DNA of 64,000 nucleotides from Myxococcales bacterium (GCA_047601445.1 JASGJH010000001.1:5056001-5120000); one strand, 5' to 3'. Shown: positions 1 through 10,314, numbered from the stretch's first letter. Program-made: numbers and translations. Notes: generated by a model from the letters alone, not told the origin.

Positions 1-2
1 AC

Positions 3-959
3 GCGAACAAGGAAGGTCCGGGCGACACGGCCAGCGTGCTCAGCGTCTCCGCCGGTGGAATCCCCGATTTCCACATCGAAGTCTGCTTCCCGGAGACCGA
101 CACCAGCAACTGCACGAAGCAGGTGCTCGCCAACTGCTACAGCACCCCGACGCGCGCCGTGGGCATCGTGCCCTCGAAGGCAGGCCTGGTGCTGGTAGCT
201 CACGTCCAGCCCAACGCGGGTGCGGACTTCCTCTGGCTGATCCCGCTGACCACCAAGGGCGACCTGGATACGAACATCACGCCGCGCGCCTACAGTCTCC
301 CCGGCACCATCAATCAGTTCACGGACGTCGCCGCCACGCCGAAGGTCACCGGCGCTGGCTTCGTGGTGGTTGGCAATCTGCCCAGGGTCAAGGGCGGGGA
401 CATCCTCGTGTACAAGTTCGATGAGGATCTCAGCCTACGCTACGCGAACTACTACGACGACGGCCAGAGCGGCACCCAAGAGGCCACGGGAGTCACGGCG
501 TCCTCGGACGGAACCAGCATCGTGATCGCGGGCAGCATCGATCGGCAGACTCCCGTCAACATCGACGGCCTGTTCTTCAAGCTTCGCAGCGATGGCTCCG
601 CGGTGGGCGCCATTGCGCTCGGCATGAATGTCGACGCCGCGACGGGCGGCAGCAGCAACGAGGCGCTCAACGACATCCAGGTCGCCTCCGGCGGCGGCTA
701 CTTCCTCACGGGCTCCCAGGATCCGGGCCAAGGCCGCGACGGTTGGGCGCTGCGCGTGCGCGAAAACGGAACTCTCACCTTCAACGCAGCCGAGGGCGCG
801 GGCGGCCATACCGATAGCGTCACGCTCACGCCCACCGCCTTCGCGAGCGCAGACATGGGCAAGAAGTGCGTGTTCTGGCGCAGCATCGTGGACGACCCGG
901 TCGCCGTCACGTTCTCGTCGACCCTGATGCCGCCGACGATCGCCAAGCAAGCTCCCTGA
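3..959 (+). CDS. C-terminal part of a secreted beta-propeller-like repeat protein (5' truncated by window edge)
   Basis: Frame is open from position 3 to the stop at 959. Repeated blade-like segments (GFVVVG, SIVIAG, GYFLTG followed by D-x-hydrophobic-K/R). GC3-rich codons. Confidence 0.6.
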   Translation, partial: ANKEGPGDTASVLSVSAGGIPDFHIEVCFPETDTSNCTKQVLANCYSTPTRAVGIVPSKAGLVLVAHVQPNAGADFLWLIPLTTKGDLDTNITPRAYSLPGTINQFTDVAATPKVTGAGFVVVGNLPRVKGGDILVYKFDEDLSLRYANYYDDGQSGTQEATGVTASSDGTSIVIAGSIDRQTPVNIDGLFFKLRSDGSAVGAIALGMNVDAATGGSSNEALNDIQVASGGGYFLTGSQDPGQGRDGWALRVRENGTLTFNAAEGAGGHTDSVTLTPTAFASADMGKKCVFWRSIVDDPVAVTFSSTLMPPTIAKQAP

Positions 960-1014
960 CGACACCGCGCAGCAGCGGCGGTCGTACGGGTGTCGAGCCG
1001 GGTCGTGCGTGGGC

Positions 1015-2448
1015 TCAGGCGCTCAACATGGCCTGGATGCGGCCCTTCTCGAGCGCCGCATCGCCGAAGTCGTCGAGCGGTCCGCCCGCGGCGTTCTTGA
1101 GCCCCACGGCTGCGCCGATGGTGTTCAGGAACTTGTTGTGGGTCAGGAACTTGTTCTTGCTGACGTCCGCGGCATCCACGTAGGCGCCGTTCTTGAGCTG
1201 CCCGCCACAGCTGCCCGCGCACACGTAGGGCATGTTGCTGGTGGAGTGCGGCGGACCGTTCGAGAGATCGTTGAGCCACACGGCCACGCCGTCGTCGAGC
1301 AGGTTGCCCGAGGGCGTGGTGTGACTGGCGAGCGCGTCGAGCAAATCCCGGAAGATGCCGGCAAAGAGCTTGTCGATCATGTGGTGCTTCACGTCGGCGT
1401 TCGCGATGGGTGTGCCGTCGGAGCCGTCGGAGTTGATGCGGTGGGAGATGTGGTGGAAGCGCTCGAGCTTGGTCCCGTCCACGGTGTACTGGGTCTGGTC
1501 GTTGCCGTTGCCGATCTGCAGGGTGGCTGCCGGCGTCTTCCCGCACAACACAGCCAGGGCGATCACCTGAGCCTGGAACTTGGCCGCCGTGAGCACGTCG
1601 GTGTCGCTCTCGGCCTGCTTGGTGGTGAACGCGGAAATGGGGCTCAGCAGCTCCGGCGCCAGGGAGCACTGCATGCCCACCTCGAGATCACGGATCGCCT
1701 GGCTGTGTGCCTCGAGCCGGTGACGGTCGTCGCTGGAGAGCCGCTGATTGCCGAGTAAGGTGGTCATCTCGGCGCGGACCAGGTCGTTCACGCTCTTGCG
1801 GCGCGTGGCGGTGCGCGCCTGCTCGGCCGCGTTCTGATCGGGCAGGCCGAACAGGGCCTTGTAGGCGTTGTAGGGGTTGCTCTCGGCCACGCGGCGGTCG
1901 CCGGCGGCACGATAGGAGAGCACGTCGTCCAAATAGCTGCTGCGCGGGCCGGCCCGCAGCGTGAGCGGCTCCACGCCAGCGCCGCCGAGCTCGCGCGCGA
2001 GACGGTTGTCGATGGACTCGCCCATCGCGAGCGCCTTCTCGACGTTCTTGCCGTCCGTACGCGACGCCGTGAGGCACAACAGACCACCCTGTGAATGGCC
2101 ACAGCCTGCGTCCGCGAGCTGCTTCATCTCCACGCCCCGCACGAGCAGGAGCCGCGACGCGTAGGCGCTCAGCACGTTCACGGCTTGGTCACCGTCGGCC
2201 TGCATACCCGCGGTGGTGAGCGCACCGAGCTTGGTGGGCCAGAAGCGATCGGGTTCGGTATCGAGCCCCTGCTGACAGCCATTGCCCTGGCGCACGAACA
2301 CCGCGAAGCGATGCACCATGTCCTCGGGCTTGGCGCGCTTGGGCAGGAAGGTCTCGAGCAGCGGCAGGCTCACGGCCGCGCCGGCCGCGCCGCGCAGCAA
2401 CAGACGCCGGCCAAAGCGGAAAACTCCGCGGGGATGTTCCTTAGACAT
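1015..2448 (-). CDS. DUF1552-family protein with Tat-like signal
   Basis: N-terminal RRLLLRGAAGAAVSLPLLE; HHISH motif; C-terminal H-x3-NMPYVCAG. Sits directly downstream of a DUF1592-type gene, the usual pairing. Confidence 0.85.
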   Translation of the reverse strand: MSKEHPRGVFRFGRRLLLRGAAGAAVSLPLLETFLPKRAKPEDMVHRFAVFVRQGNGCQQGLDTEPDRFWPTKLGALTTAGMQADGDQAVNVLSAYASRLLLVRGVEMKQLADAGCGHSQGGLLCLTASRTDGKNVEKALAMGESIDNRLARELGGAGVEPLTLRAGPRSSYLDDVLSYRAAGDRRVAESNPYNAYKALFGLPDQNAAEQARTATRRKSVNDLVRAEMTTLLGNQRLSSDDRHRLEAHSQAIRDLEVGMQCSLAPELLSPISAFTTKQAESDTDVLTAAKFQAQVIALAVLCGKTPAATLQIGNGNDQTQYTVDGTKLERFHHISHRINSDGSDGTPIANADVKHHMIDKLFAGIFRDLLDALASHTTPSGNLLDDGVAVWLNDLSNGPPHSTSNMPYVCAGSCGGQLKNGAYVDAADVSKNKFLTHNKFLNTIGAAVGLKNAAGGPLDDFGDAALEKGRIQAMLSA

Positions 2449-2496
2449 GGAGCACCTTGAGGGTTTGGGTTCGCGGGAAGGACACGCGCTCGGCCG

Positions 2497-4257
2497 TCAC
2501 TCGACCACCCGTGTGCGGAAAGTATCGAGCTTCACCAGGGCGATCAGGAGGTCCTGCGCCGAATCCTGGTCCAACGAGACGCCCCGCAGCAGCTCCCACG
2601 CACCGCGCTCCACACCGGTGGGCTCGCGGTTGAGCATGTACTGCATCCAGTTGCGCGCGTAGCACTCGTGCACGCGCGACTCCGAGGCGAGCTTGTTCAG
2701 CATGTCCACCGGCCCATCGAACTTGAGCGTGGTGGAGGGATTCTTGCCCTTGGCCTCCGAGGTGTAGCCGCTGCGGATCGACAAGCTGCCCGTCGTGTCC
2801 ACGGGCTTGCCCTGGTCCGTGTCGCGCACGCGGCCCAGTGTGTCGAAGCCCTCGAACGCAAAGCCCGGCGGGTTGATCAGCGTGGTATGGCAGGTGGTGC
2901 CGCAGGCGGTCGCCTTCTCGTACACCTGACGCGTGGTGAGTCCCGGCTCGGCGTCGGGTAGGGAAAACATCATGGGAGGTGGATCGGGCTCGTCGCACAG
3001 CACCTTGCGCAGCACGGTAAGCCCGCGGTGCACCGGGTCCGTCAAGCTGCGCGTGGCGTTCTGCGAGAGGAAGCCCACCTGTGTGAGGAAGCCCGCGCGC
3101 ACCGCTGCATCGAGCTCCTTGCGCACCAGGGCTTGGCCCGACACGCCGCTCACGCCGTAGAGCGGCGCAGTGGTCTCGTTGACGAACGCCACCGGCTCCG
3201 TGAGGAGCTGCCCGATGCCGCCCTTCTCGTTGATCACGACGTCCTCGAAGAACATCCGCGCTTCGTCGCGCAGCACCGGCGCCAGCGCCGCCGCATTGAA
3301 GTTCAGGCTCGGGTCCTTGTCCTGGGTGCCGTAGCGATCCACCAGGTAGGTCTGCTCGTGGAAGCTCAACAGAGCCTCCTTGGCGCGCGGATCCGCGAGC
3401 AGCTGCTGGGCCCACTTGGCCACGCCGTCGGCGCTGTCGAGCTCCCCCTTGCGCGCGGCTTCGAGCAGGGCGGTCGATGGGGTAGTGTCGAGGAAGCCAT
3501 AGGAAAGCCGGGTGGCGATCTCGTAGCCGGAGAGCGGCGCCTTGCGGTCCGGGAAGTTCCCGCTCAAGCCGGCAGCCTCCACGCGATAGAGGAAATGGGG
3601 CGACTGCAGGATCGCCTCGATGACCACGCGCGCGCCCGCCTTGTAGGCGTCGCCGCCCACGAGATCGGGGCCCTTGTCGAACAGCCCGCCATAGGTGGTT
3701 TGCTCGGCATCGGTCAAGGGCCTGCGAAACGCGCGCAGGCCCAGGCTCGTGATCAGCGCCTTCTTGCGCGCAGGCAGGTCGCTCGCGGTGCCCGCGGGCA
3801 GGAGCTTGGCCAGCTGTTGGTCGTTGGCCGTGACGGCCGCGGCCACGCTCTCGGCGGCGGTTTGGTAACGCGTCCAGGCATCCCCCGCCAAGGTGAGCTC
3901 GGCAGCCGCCTGATTGCGATAGCCCTGATCGCCGGGCTCCTGCGTGAACCCTTGCGAGTAGCTGGTGTCACCCGCGAAGGAGAAGATGTCGCGGACGCTG
4001 TTCTCCCACTGCGCATTGGAGAGCTTGGCAAAGCGCGTGGACCAGCCCACACCGTTGGGCGTCGAGGGATCGCCAGCGCCAGCGGGGTCGTTGGGGTCCT
4101 GATCGTCGTCACCGATCACGGAGCCATGGCCGTCACCGGGCGCGCATGTCGGGCATTCCGAACTGCCTGCGGGCGCGTCGAGACTGCCCACGCAGCCCGT
4201 GGTCACCGCACTCAAGGCAGAGATCAATACGCCGATGCGCGCTCCCGTGTGCGCCAT
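2497..4257 (-). CDS. DUF1592/DUF1588/DUF1595/DUF1587 multidomain lipoprotein
   Basis: Lipobox-like TTGC; LSNAQWENSVRD, RAFRRPLT, LQSPHFLYR, YEIATRLSY, RAGFLTQ, PVHRG, CGTTCH, GFAFEGFD. Confidence 0.85.
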   Translation of the reverse strand: MAHTGARIGVLISALSAVTTGCVGSLDAPAGSSECPTCAPGDGHGSVIGDDDQDPNDPAGAGDPSTPNGVGWSTRFAKLSNAQWENSVRDIFSFAGDTSYSQGFTQEPGDQGYRNQAAAELTLAGDAWTRYQTAAESVAAAVTANDQQLAKLLPAGTASDLPARKKALITSLGLRAFRRPLTDAEQTTYGGLFDKGPDLVGGDAYKAGARVVIEAILQSPHFLYRVEAAGLSGNFPDRKAPLSGYEIATRLSYGFLDTTPSTALLEAARKGELDSADGVAKWAQQLLADPRAKEALLSFHEQTYLVDRYGTQDKDPSLNFNAAALAPVLRDEARMFFEDVVINEKGGIGQLLTEPVAFVNETTAPLYGVSGVSGQALVRKELDAAVRAGFLTQVGFLSQNATRSLTDPVHRGLTVLRKVLCDEPDPPPMMFSLPDAEPGLTTRQVYEKATACGTTCHTTLINPPGFAFEGFDTLGRVRDTDQGKPVDTTGSLSIRSGYTSEAKGKNPSTTLKFDGPVDMLNKLASESRVHECYARNWMQYMLNREPTGVERGAWELLRGVSLDQDSAQDLLIALVKLDTFRTRVVE

Positions 4258-4446
4258 CCAAAACCTCCTGCGCGTTGTCCGAGCGGGCTACGTGCGCATA
4301 GGAGGAGGGTCGGGTCAACCTCGAGAACCGTGGGTTGAACGAACCTACAATGGACCGAAAGGAGCGAGTTTTTACCGCTATTTCTCGATTCTTTTCACTC
4401 TCAGGGCAAAGTTTTTCTCTGAGCGTTCATCAGGCGTTCAAATGTA

Positions 4447-5688
4447 TCAGTCATGCCGCGCGAACAAAATCGACGCATTGGTGCCGCCGAAGCCGAAGGA
4501 GTTCGAGAGAACGTAGTTCAGCGTACGTTGGCGTGCCTCGTGTGGAACCAGGTCGAAACCAGCGGCCTCGGGCTCAGGATGCTCGAGATTGATGGTGGGA
4601 GGCACCACGCGCTCGGCAAGCGCGAGCGCACAGATCACGGCCTCGAGGCCGCCCGCGGCGCCGAGTAAATGTCCGGTCATGCTCTTGGTGCTCGAGACCC
4701 ATAGTCCGCGCTGGATGTGGTCCCCGAACACGCGACGTAAAGCGGCCAGCTCCAACATATCGCCCGCTGGCGTGGAGGTCCCGTGGGCGTTCACGTAGTC
4801 GACCTGCTCCGGATTGAGGCGCGCGTCGCGCAAGGCCGCTCGGATGGCCCGCTGGGCCCCCTCCCCCTCCGGCGCGGGCGTGGTGAGGTGATAGGCGTCG
4901 GAGCTCGCCCCGTAGCCCACCACTTCGGCGTAGATCTTGGCCTCTCGCGCGAGCGCCTGGTCGCGATCCTCGAGGAGCAACAGGCCCGCCCCTTCTGCAA
5001 TCACGAAGCCATCGCGATCCACGTCCCAAGGGCGGCTCGCGCGGGTGGGCTCCGCATTGCGGCGACTCAAGGCGCGCATGGCCGCGAAGCCACCCACACC
5101 GAGCGGGGTGATCACGGCCTCGGCGCCGCCGGCCAGGCACGCCGTGAGCTCGCCCCGCGCGATGGCTCGAAACGCTTCGCCCACCGCATGCGCCCCCGAG
5201 GCACAGGCGCTGGTGGTCGCATAGCTCTCGCCCTTGAGTCCGTGCTTGATGGAGACCTGGCCCGCTGCCAGGTTCGAGATGGTGGCCGGGATGAAGTAGG
5301 GGCTGATCTTGCTCGGTCCCTTCTCGACCAACACCCGCGCGGTGTTCTCGATAGTCTGCAGGCCTCCCATGCCCACGCCGATCAACGTTCCCAGGTTCTC
5401 CTTGAGCGGGTGCTCCCCCACGATGCGCGCGCTGGCCAGTGCTTCATCGGCCGCTCCCATCGCGAGGTGGATGAACCGGTCCATCGTCCGCACCTCCTTG
5501 CGCGGTACGTGACGCTCGACCTCGAAGCCCCAACACTCGCCCGCGAACTGCACGGCGTGTTGCGAGCTGTCGAACAACGTGATCCGACCGATGCCGCTGC
5601 GAGCCGCCTTGAGAGAGGCCCAGGTAGTGGGCACGTCGAGCCCGCAGGGACTCACCGCGCCCAACCCGGTGACGACCACACGCTTCAC
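4447..5688 (-). CDS. fabF: beta-ketoacyl-ACP synthase II
   Basis: KRVVVTGLG, TSACASG (catalytic Cys), NAHGTST, KSMTGHLLGAAG, SNSFGFGGTN. Confidence 0.95.
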   Translation of the reverse strand: MKRVVVTGLGAVSPCGLDVPTTWASLKAARSGIGRITLFDSSQHAVQFAGECWGFEVERHVPRKEVRTMDRFIHLAMGAADEALASARIVGEHPLKENLGTLIGVGMGGLQTIENTARVLVEKGPSKISPYFIPATISNLAAGQVSIKHGLKGESYATTSACASGAHAVGEAFRAIARGELTACLAGGAEAVITPLGVGGFAAMRALSRRNAEPTRASRPWDVDRDGFVIAEGAGLLLLEDRDQALAREAKIYAEVVGYGASSDAYHLTTPAPEGEGAQRAIRAALRDARLNPEQVDYVNAHGTSTPAGDMLELAALRRVFGDHIQRGLWVSSTKSMTGHLLGAAGGLEAVICALALAERVVPPTINLEHPEPEAAGFDLVPHEARQRTLNYVLSNSFGFGGTNASILFARHD

Positions 5689-5924
5689 GCTACGGCCTTC
5701 AATGCCTTGATGTAAGCGACCACGTCTCCCACGGTACGGATGCGCTCGGCCTCCTGCTCAGGGATGTCGATCTTGAAATGGTCCTCGATGGCCAGCACCA
5801 ACTCCACGATCGCCAGCGAGTCTGCACCCAGGTCATCCACGAACGCCGAATGCTCCTGTACCTCGCCGAGCTCGACGCCCAACTGACGCGACACGATCTG
5901 CATAATGTCTTGTGCGATCTCCAT
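5685..5924 (-). CDS. acpP: acyl carrier protein
   Basis: 79 aa, acidic, DLGADSL phosphopantetheine site; GGAGG RBS; stop overlaps the fabF start. Confidence 0.92.
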   Translation of the reverse strand: MEIAQDIMQIVSRQLGVELGEVQEHSAFVDDLGADSLAIVELVLAIEDHFKIDIPEQEAERIRTVGDVVAYIKALKAVA

Positions 5925-5972
5925 GTGCCCCTCCCTTTTTATGGTCTACCGGTTTGCACCGGAAGCTCGCGC

Positions 5973-7046
5973 TCACAACCTGAGCAGCGCGGCTCCCCAG
6001 TTGAGCCCTGCACCGAGCGCCAGGAAACACAGCAGCTGGCCCCGGCGCACGCGTCCGTCGCGCAGCAGCTCGTCGAGCAAGATGGGAATCGTGGCACTCG
6101 ACGTGTTGCCGTAGCGAGCGATGTTCGAGGGGATCTTGTCGGGCGGCACGCCGAGCGCCTCACGCACCGCCTGGTTGATGCGATCGTTGGCCTGATGAGC
6201 GATGAACCAATCCACGGACTCGAGCGAGACCGCGTGCGCTGCGAGCAGCTCGCGCACCACCTCGGGCAAGCGCTGCACCGCGCTGCGGAACAATTCGCGG
6301 CCGTTCATCTGCGGGATGTGCTCGCCTCGCTCCAGCATGTCGGCGCTCATGTATGGTCGGCGCCGAAAGCCGCCGGCCGAGACGCGCAGTGCGTCGTGGG
6401 CCCGACCGTCGCTGTGCACGCGCACCCCCAGTAGGCCTGCGCCCACCACGCGCGAGGCGCCGAGCACCAACGCTCCCGCTCCGTCGCCGAACAACACCGA
6501 CACGCCACGATGTTCGGTGGCCATCGCGTAGGCGCGCTCGTCGGCCTTGCGCGGGGCTTGTCCAGGCTCGGGCTCCTGTTCGAGCAAGCTCCAGTCGCGC
6601 CACGGCATGAACCCCGCGTGCGCCTCCGCACCCACCACCAACACGTGCCTGGCGGCCTCGGCGCGCAGCAGCGCGTCCGCGACTTGCAAGCTGTACGGGA
6701 TGGCGGCGCACTGCTGGCGCAGGTCGAGTGCCGGCACGCCTGGAATCCCGAGCTTGGCTCCCAACAAGGTACCCGACCCCGGCAACACGTAGTCCGGGGT
6801 CATGGTGTTGAACAAGATGTAGTCGATGTCCGAGGGTTCGAGCTCGGCGCTCTCGATGGCTGCCCGCGCCGCGGGTAGCGCGAGGTCGCTGGCGCCCACA
6901 CCGTCGGGCGCGAAGTGCCGCGCCGCGATGCCGCTGCGCTTCAGGATCCACTCGCCGCTGGTTTCCATCACGCGACCGAGCGCGTCGCTCGACACGGGAT
7001 TTCCCGGCAGAAAGCGGCCGGTGCCGAGGATGGTCGTGCCGGACAT
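5973..7046 (-). CDS. fabH: 3-oxoacyl-ACP synthase III family protein
   Basis: QQCAA (catalytic Cys), LFGDGAGA, AHQAN, YGNTSSATIP, GAGLNWG. Confidence 0.88.
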   Translation of the reverse strand: MSGTTILGTGRFLPGNPVSSDALGRVMETSGEWILKRSGIAARHFAPDGVGASDLALPAARAAIESAELEPSDIDYILFNTMTPDYVLPGSGTLLGAKLGIPGVPALDLRQQCAAIPYSLQVADALLRAEAARHVLVVGAEAHAGFMPWRDWSLLEQEPEPGQAPRKADERAYAMATEHRGVSVLFGDGAGALVLGASRVVGAGLLGVRVHSDGRAHDALRVSAGGFRRRPYMSADMLERGEHIPQMNGRELFRSAVQRLPEVVRELLAAHAVSLESVDWFIAHQANDRINQAVREALGVPPDKIPSNIARYGNTSSATIPILLDELLRDGRVRRGQLLCFLALGAGLNWGAALLRL

Positions 7047-7089
7047 GCCCGTGTTTTATTCGCTTCGTCCCGGCTTGCCCGTCCCCACG

Positions 7090-7118
7090 GCGCCAAACGT
7101 CGTGCACGGCGCGCCAGT
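7090..7118 (-). promoter_or_regulatory. putative AraC operator upstream of fabH
   Basis: GCGCCAAACGTCG-N8-GCGCCAGT, with GCGCCA repeated at a 21-bp period. Near-identical motif at 26347-26375 beside the paralogous AraC. Confidence 0.6.
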
Positions 7119-7150
7119 CGCCAGCGGCGTCTTTTTCGGAGCCTGTGAGC

Positions 7151-8155
7151 TCAGCCGCCCTGGGCCCGGAACTCGGTGGGTGAGCTGCCGGTCCAACGTC
7201 GAAAGGCGCGCGCGAAGGAGCTCGCGTCCTCGAAGCCGAGCAAGAAGGCCACCTCGGTGATCGACCAGCGCGGCTCGCGCAGATAGGCGCAGGCCACCTC
7301 GCGGCGCGTCTCGTTCAACACCTCCGCGAACGTGGTGCCATGCTTGGCCAGATGCCGCTGCAGGCTGCGTTCGCTGACCCCGAGCGCGCGCGCGACGCGT
7401 CCCGGCGAGATCTCTCCGGAGAGGTCGCTGGCGATGGCGCCACGCACGCGGTCCACGAGGTTGCCCTGGGTCACCTCGGCCAACGAGCGACGCACCAGGT
7501 CATCGTTGTGACGTGCCAGTTCGGGGTTCGCGCTGGGCAAGGGTCGGTCGAGCGCTGCGGCAGAAAAGGTGATGGCGTTGGATTCGGCGGCGAAGCGCAG
7601 CGGACAGCGGAAAAAGCGCTCATAGGGCGCGAGATCGCGCGGCACGGGGCGTCTTTGCTCGACCCAATCCGGGCTAAACGAGCGATCGGTCAGGGTCCGG
7701 CAGGTCCGCACGATCAGGGACATGATGGCGTCGATGCCCTCGGGCGCCGAGGCCCCTTGCTCGCTCGGGATGTGAAACACCAGACGGGCGCTGTCTTCGC
7801 TGGCGACCAGCTCGAGCGTCGCGCCGTCGCCGATCAGGGCGCTGTAGCGGACCAAACGATGCAGCCCCTCACGCAGCGTGACGCTGGCCATCACGGCATA
7901 GCCGAGAGCGTGGAACGTCGTGGGCCGCACGTGGCCCGAGATCCTGAGCCCGCAAGCCGGATCGGAGAAGGCCAGGGCCGCCGCACGCCACAGCACCTGG
8001 GTCGCGGCCAACGGGTGACGCGCGTTGGGGTCGCTGAAGTCGCTGGTCCGAAAGCCTGCGTGCTCGAGCACGGGTTCGCTCGGGATGCCTGCGGCCTCGA
8101 GTGCGTCGATGATGATTCTGGTCCAGCTCGAGATGACTGAAGGCGCCCGATCCAT
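7151..8155 (-). CDS. AraC-family transcriptional regulator (OruR/VirS-like, with N-terminal ligand-binding domain)
   Basis: C-terminal SERSLQRHL...SITEVAFLLGFEDASSFARAFRRWTG; N-terminal TFHALGYA. Confidence 0.92.
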   Translation of the reverse strand: MDRAPSVISSWTRIIIDALEAAGIPSEPVLEHAGFRTSDFSDPNARHPLAATQVLWRAAALAFSDPACGLRISGHVRPTTFHALGYAVMASVTLREGLHRLVRYSALIGDGATLELVASEDSARLVFHIPSEQGASAPEGIDAIMSLIVRTCRTLTDRSFSPDWVEQRRPVPRDLAPYERFFRCPLRFAAESNAITFSAAALDRPLPSANPELARHNDDLVRRSLAEVTQGNLVDRVRGAIASDLSGEISPGRVARALGVSERSLQRHLAKHGTTFAEVLNETRREVACAYLREPRWSITEVAFLLGFEDASSFARAFRRWTGSSPTEFRAQGG

Positions 8156-8199
8156 TCCGACGCCTCATGGTGGCACTAAAACCGGGTACGCGAAACCCG

Positions 8200-10230
8200 T
8201 CAGCGCGCCGCCGCGCTCAGCTCGGGCCGCGGACAGCCAGCGCTGCGCGCGATCTGCGTGAACCAGGCCTGCAGTGCGCGCTCGAGCGCTTGGGTTCGTG
8301 CCGGCTCTCGATGGGCCAGGTTGCGTTGCGCGCCGCGGTCGTGGCGCAGATCGTAGAGCTCCGTCACGCCGGTACCGCGATGCAAGATCAGCTGATGGTC
8401 GCCCTGGATCACCGACACCTTGCTCGGGTAACCCAGCGACGTCTCCAACTGATCCGCGCGCTGCTCGGCCTCCTCGCGGCCAGGCGGGTCCCCGGTGGCA
8501 TAGCGCGACAGGGTGCCGAGCGGCGTCGGGAACTCTTCGCTCACCACGGCGCGGTCCGGGCGAGGCTCCTGCGAGAGAAGTGAGATCCCGTCCAGCGGCA
8601 GCTGGGCAGGCTGCGCGAGGAACTCGAACGCGGTCGCGGCGAGGTCCGTGAGCTGCACTGGGCCCTCGAGCACGCGCGGCCCCTGCCCCGGTACATGCAC
8701 GCCGAAAGGCACCTCGATCAACCACGGATACAGCTGAAAATGATGAAAATCCTGGCCGTGCTCACCGAAGGCTTCCCCGTGATCCGCGATCACGAAGATC
8801 AAGCTGTCGTCGTACCAGCCGCCCTGGCGCAGCTCGGAGAGCAACGTACCGAGCTCGCGATCCACGTAGGCCAGCTCCGAGCGGTAGCGCTGACGTGGGG
8901 CCGAACCGAGTCCGAACTCGCGATGTTCCAGGTAGGGCTCATGGGGCTCCAGATAGTGCACCCACAGCACATGATCCTGATCGCGCGCGCGCAGCTCCCG
9001 TAGCTTGGCGATGGCGAGCCGCGTCTGCGCCGCCGCGTCCGCGCCCGAGATGCGCTGGGCGCCTTGCACCACATAGTGCTCCACCGGCTCGCGCTTGAAG
9101 TAGGTGCCCGCGGGCAGCACCGCCACACGCGCGTGGGAGCGCTGGAACGCCGAACCGAGGATGGAGGGTGGCGCCGGCGACTGCATCATCAGTCGACTCG
9201 GGAGAAGTCCGGTGAACGTGGCACTCACGGACATCAACGTCGCAGGGTAGGCGCTGTAGGCGTGCTGACTGGTCCACGCTTCACGCAAGAATCGCGAGAG
9301 CTCGGGCATCAACGGGCGCCCCTGGTGCACCAAGGCGGCATCGTCGGTGCGCAGGCTGTCGATGGAGATCACGATCACGTTCTTGCGCTGCTGCTGCGTG
9401 AGCCCAAGCGCGCGCGGGGGCGGAGAGGCGACCGCACACTGGAGGGGGCCGCCTTCACGCAGCGTCGCCAGCAAACTCGGAGCATCGCTGCGGAGGTTCA
9501 GGTGCATGTCGAGGTGGCTCAAGGTCGAAGACGCACGATGGAGCTCGGCTCGACCCCGCTCCGCGTAATCCGGCAACCAAAGCCCCAGCAGTCCCACGCC
9601 CACGAGCGACGCGCTCAGCGCGCCCCCGACCCTGCGCACGATCTTCGTATGCGACGCGAGCACACTGCCCGTGAACACCACCAAGATCACGGCCGCTGCC
9701 CCGTAACAAAAGGGGACCAGGCCCGCCTGGCTGAAGCCGATGGTCGCGTCGACCAGGAACAGGACCCAGAGGACGCCCAGCGCCCTCACGTGTTGCACGC
9801 GCGAGAGCAGTGCGGCGCGCTGGTAGCGCCAACAGAAGATCACGAGCCCAGCCAGCGAGGCGCCACTCACCAGCAGCGTAACCGGAGGTGCCACCCCGCG
9901 ACGCGTCAGCGCATCGGCGTGAGATAGGTAAAGCGAAGCAGGCCATGCCTTGATGGCGGCGAACGCGAGCAGTCCGCTGCCCACCAGGCGCGCGCCGCGC
10001 TGGCGCGTGCGCGCGTCCAACCAGGCGAGCAGGCACAGGAACACCGCGACGAAGCAGCCCATGCGCAGGGCTTGATCGGCCAAGTACATGAGCTCGGCCA
10101 CGCCCAACCCGCGCCGCAGGGCCAGCGTCCCGCGGGCCACGAGCAGGGCGAACGACAACGGGAGCGCCCACAGCGCCCGCTCGACCTTACTGTGCACCGC
10201 CGAAACCACGAGCGCCGCAGCATGGCGCAA
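8200..10230 (-). CDS. membrane-anchored sulfatase/alkaline-phosphatase-superfamily hydrolase or transferase
   Basis: About 6 N-terminal TM segments, then NVIVISIDSLR, WVHYLEPHEPY, IADHGEAFGEH, ELYDL. Lacks the canonical C/SxPxR formylglycine motif (YPATLMS instead). Confidence 0.8.
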   Translation of the reverse strand: MRHAAALVVSAVHSKVERALWALPLSFALLVARGTLALRRGLGVAELMYLADQALRMGCFVAVFLCLLAWLDARTRQRGARLVGSGLLAFAAIKAWPASLYLSHADALTRRGVAPPVTLLVSGASLAGLVIFCWRYQRAALLSRVQHVRALGVLWVLFLVDATIGFSQAGLVPFCYGAAAVILVVFTGSVLASHTKIVRRVGGALSASLVGVGLLGLWLPDYAERGRAELHRASSTLSHLDMHLNLRSDAPSLLATLREGGPLQCAVASPPPRALGLTQQQRKNVIVISIDSLRTDDAALVHQGRPLMPELSRFLREAWTSQHAYSAYPATLMSVSATFTGLLPSRLMMQSPAPPSILGSAFQRSHARVAVLPAGTYFKREPVEHYVVQGAQRISGADAAAQTRLAIAKLRELRARDQDHVLWVHYLEPHEPYLEHREFGLGSAPRQRYRSELAYVDRELGTLLSELRQGGWYDDSLIFVIADHGEAFGEHGQDFHHFQLYPWLIEVPFGVHVPGQGPRVLEGPVQLTDLAATAFEFLAQPAQLPLDGISLLSQEPRPDRAVVSEEFPTPLGTLSRYATGDPPGREEAEQRADQLETSLGYPSKVSVIQGDHQLILHRGTGVTELYDLRHDRGAQRNLAHREPARTQALERALQAWFTQIARSAGCPRPELSAAAR

Positions 10231-10314
10231 AGCCCGGGTGCCTGCACCTTACACGCGAGCCTCGCACGAACATGCTCCGAGAGCGGGCTTCACCGGGCGC
10301 CGCGAACGTACTGA

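Noticed and set aside
4258..4446. AT-rich intergenic segment as a sign of horizontal transfer or an ncRNA
   Set aside because: Short and consistent with a promoter region for the DUF1592 gene; no convincing structure or mobility signal.
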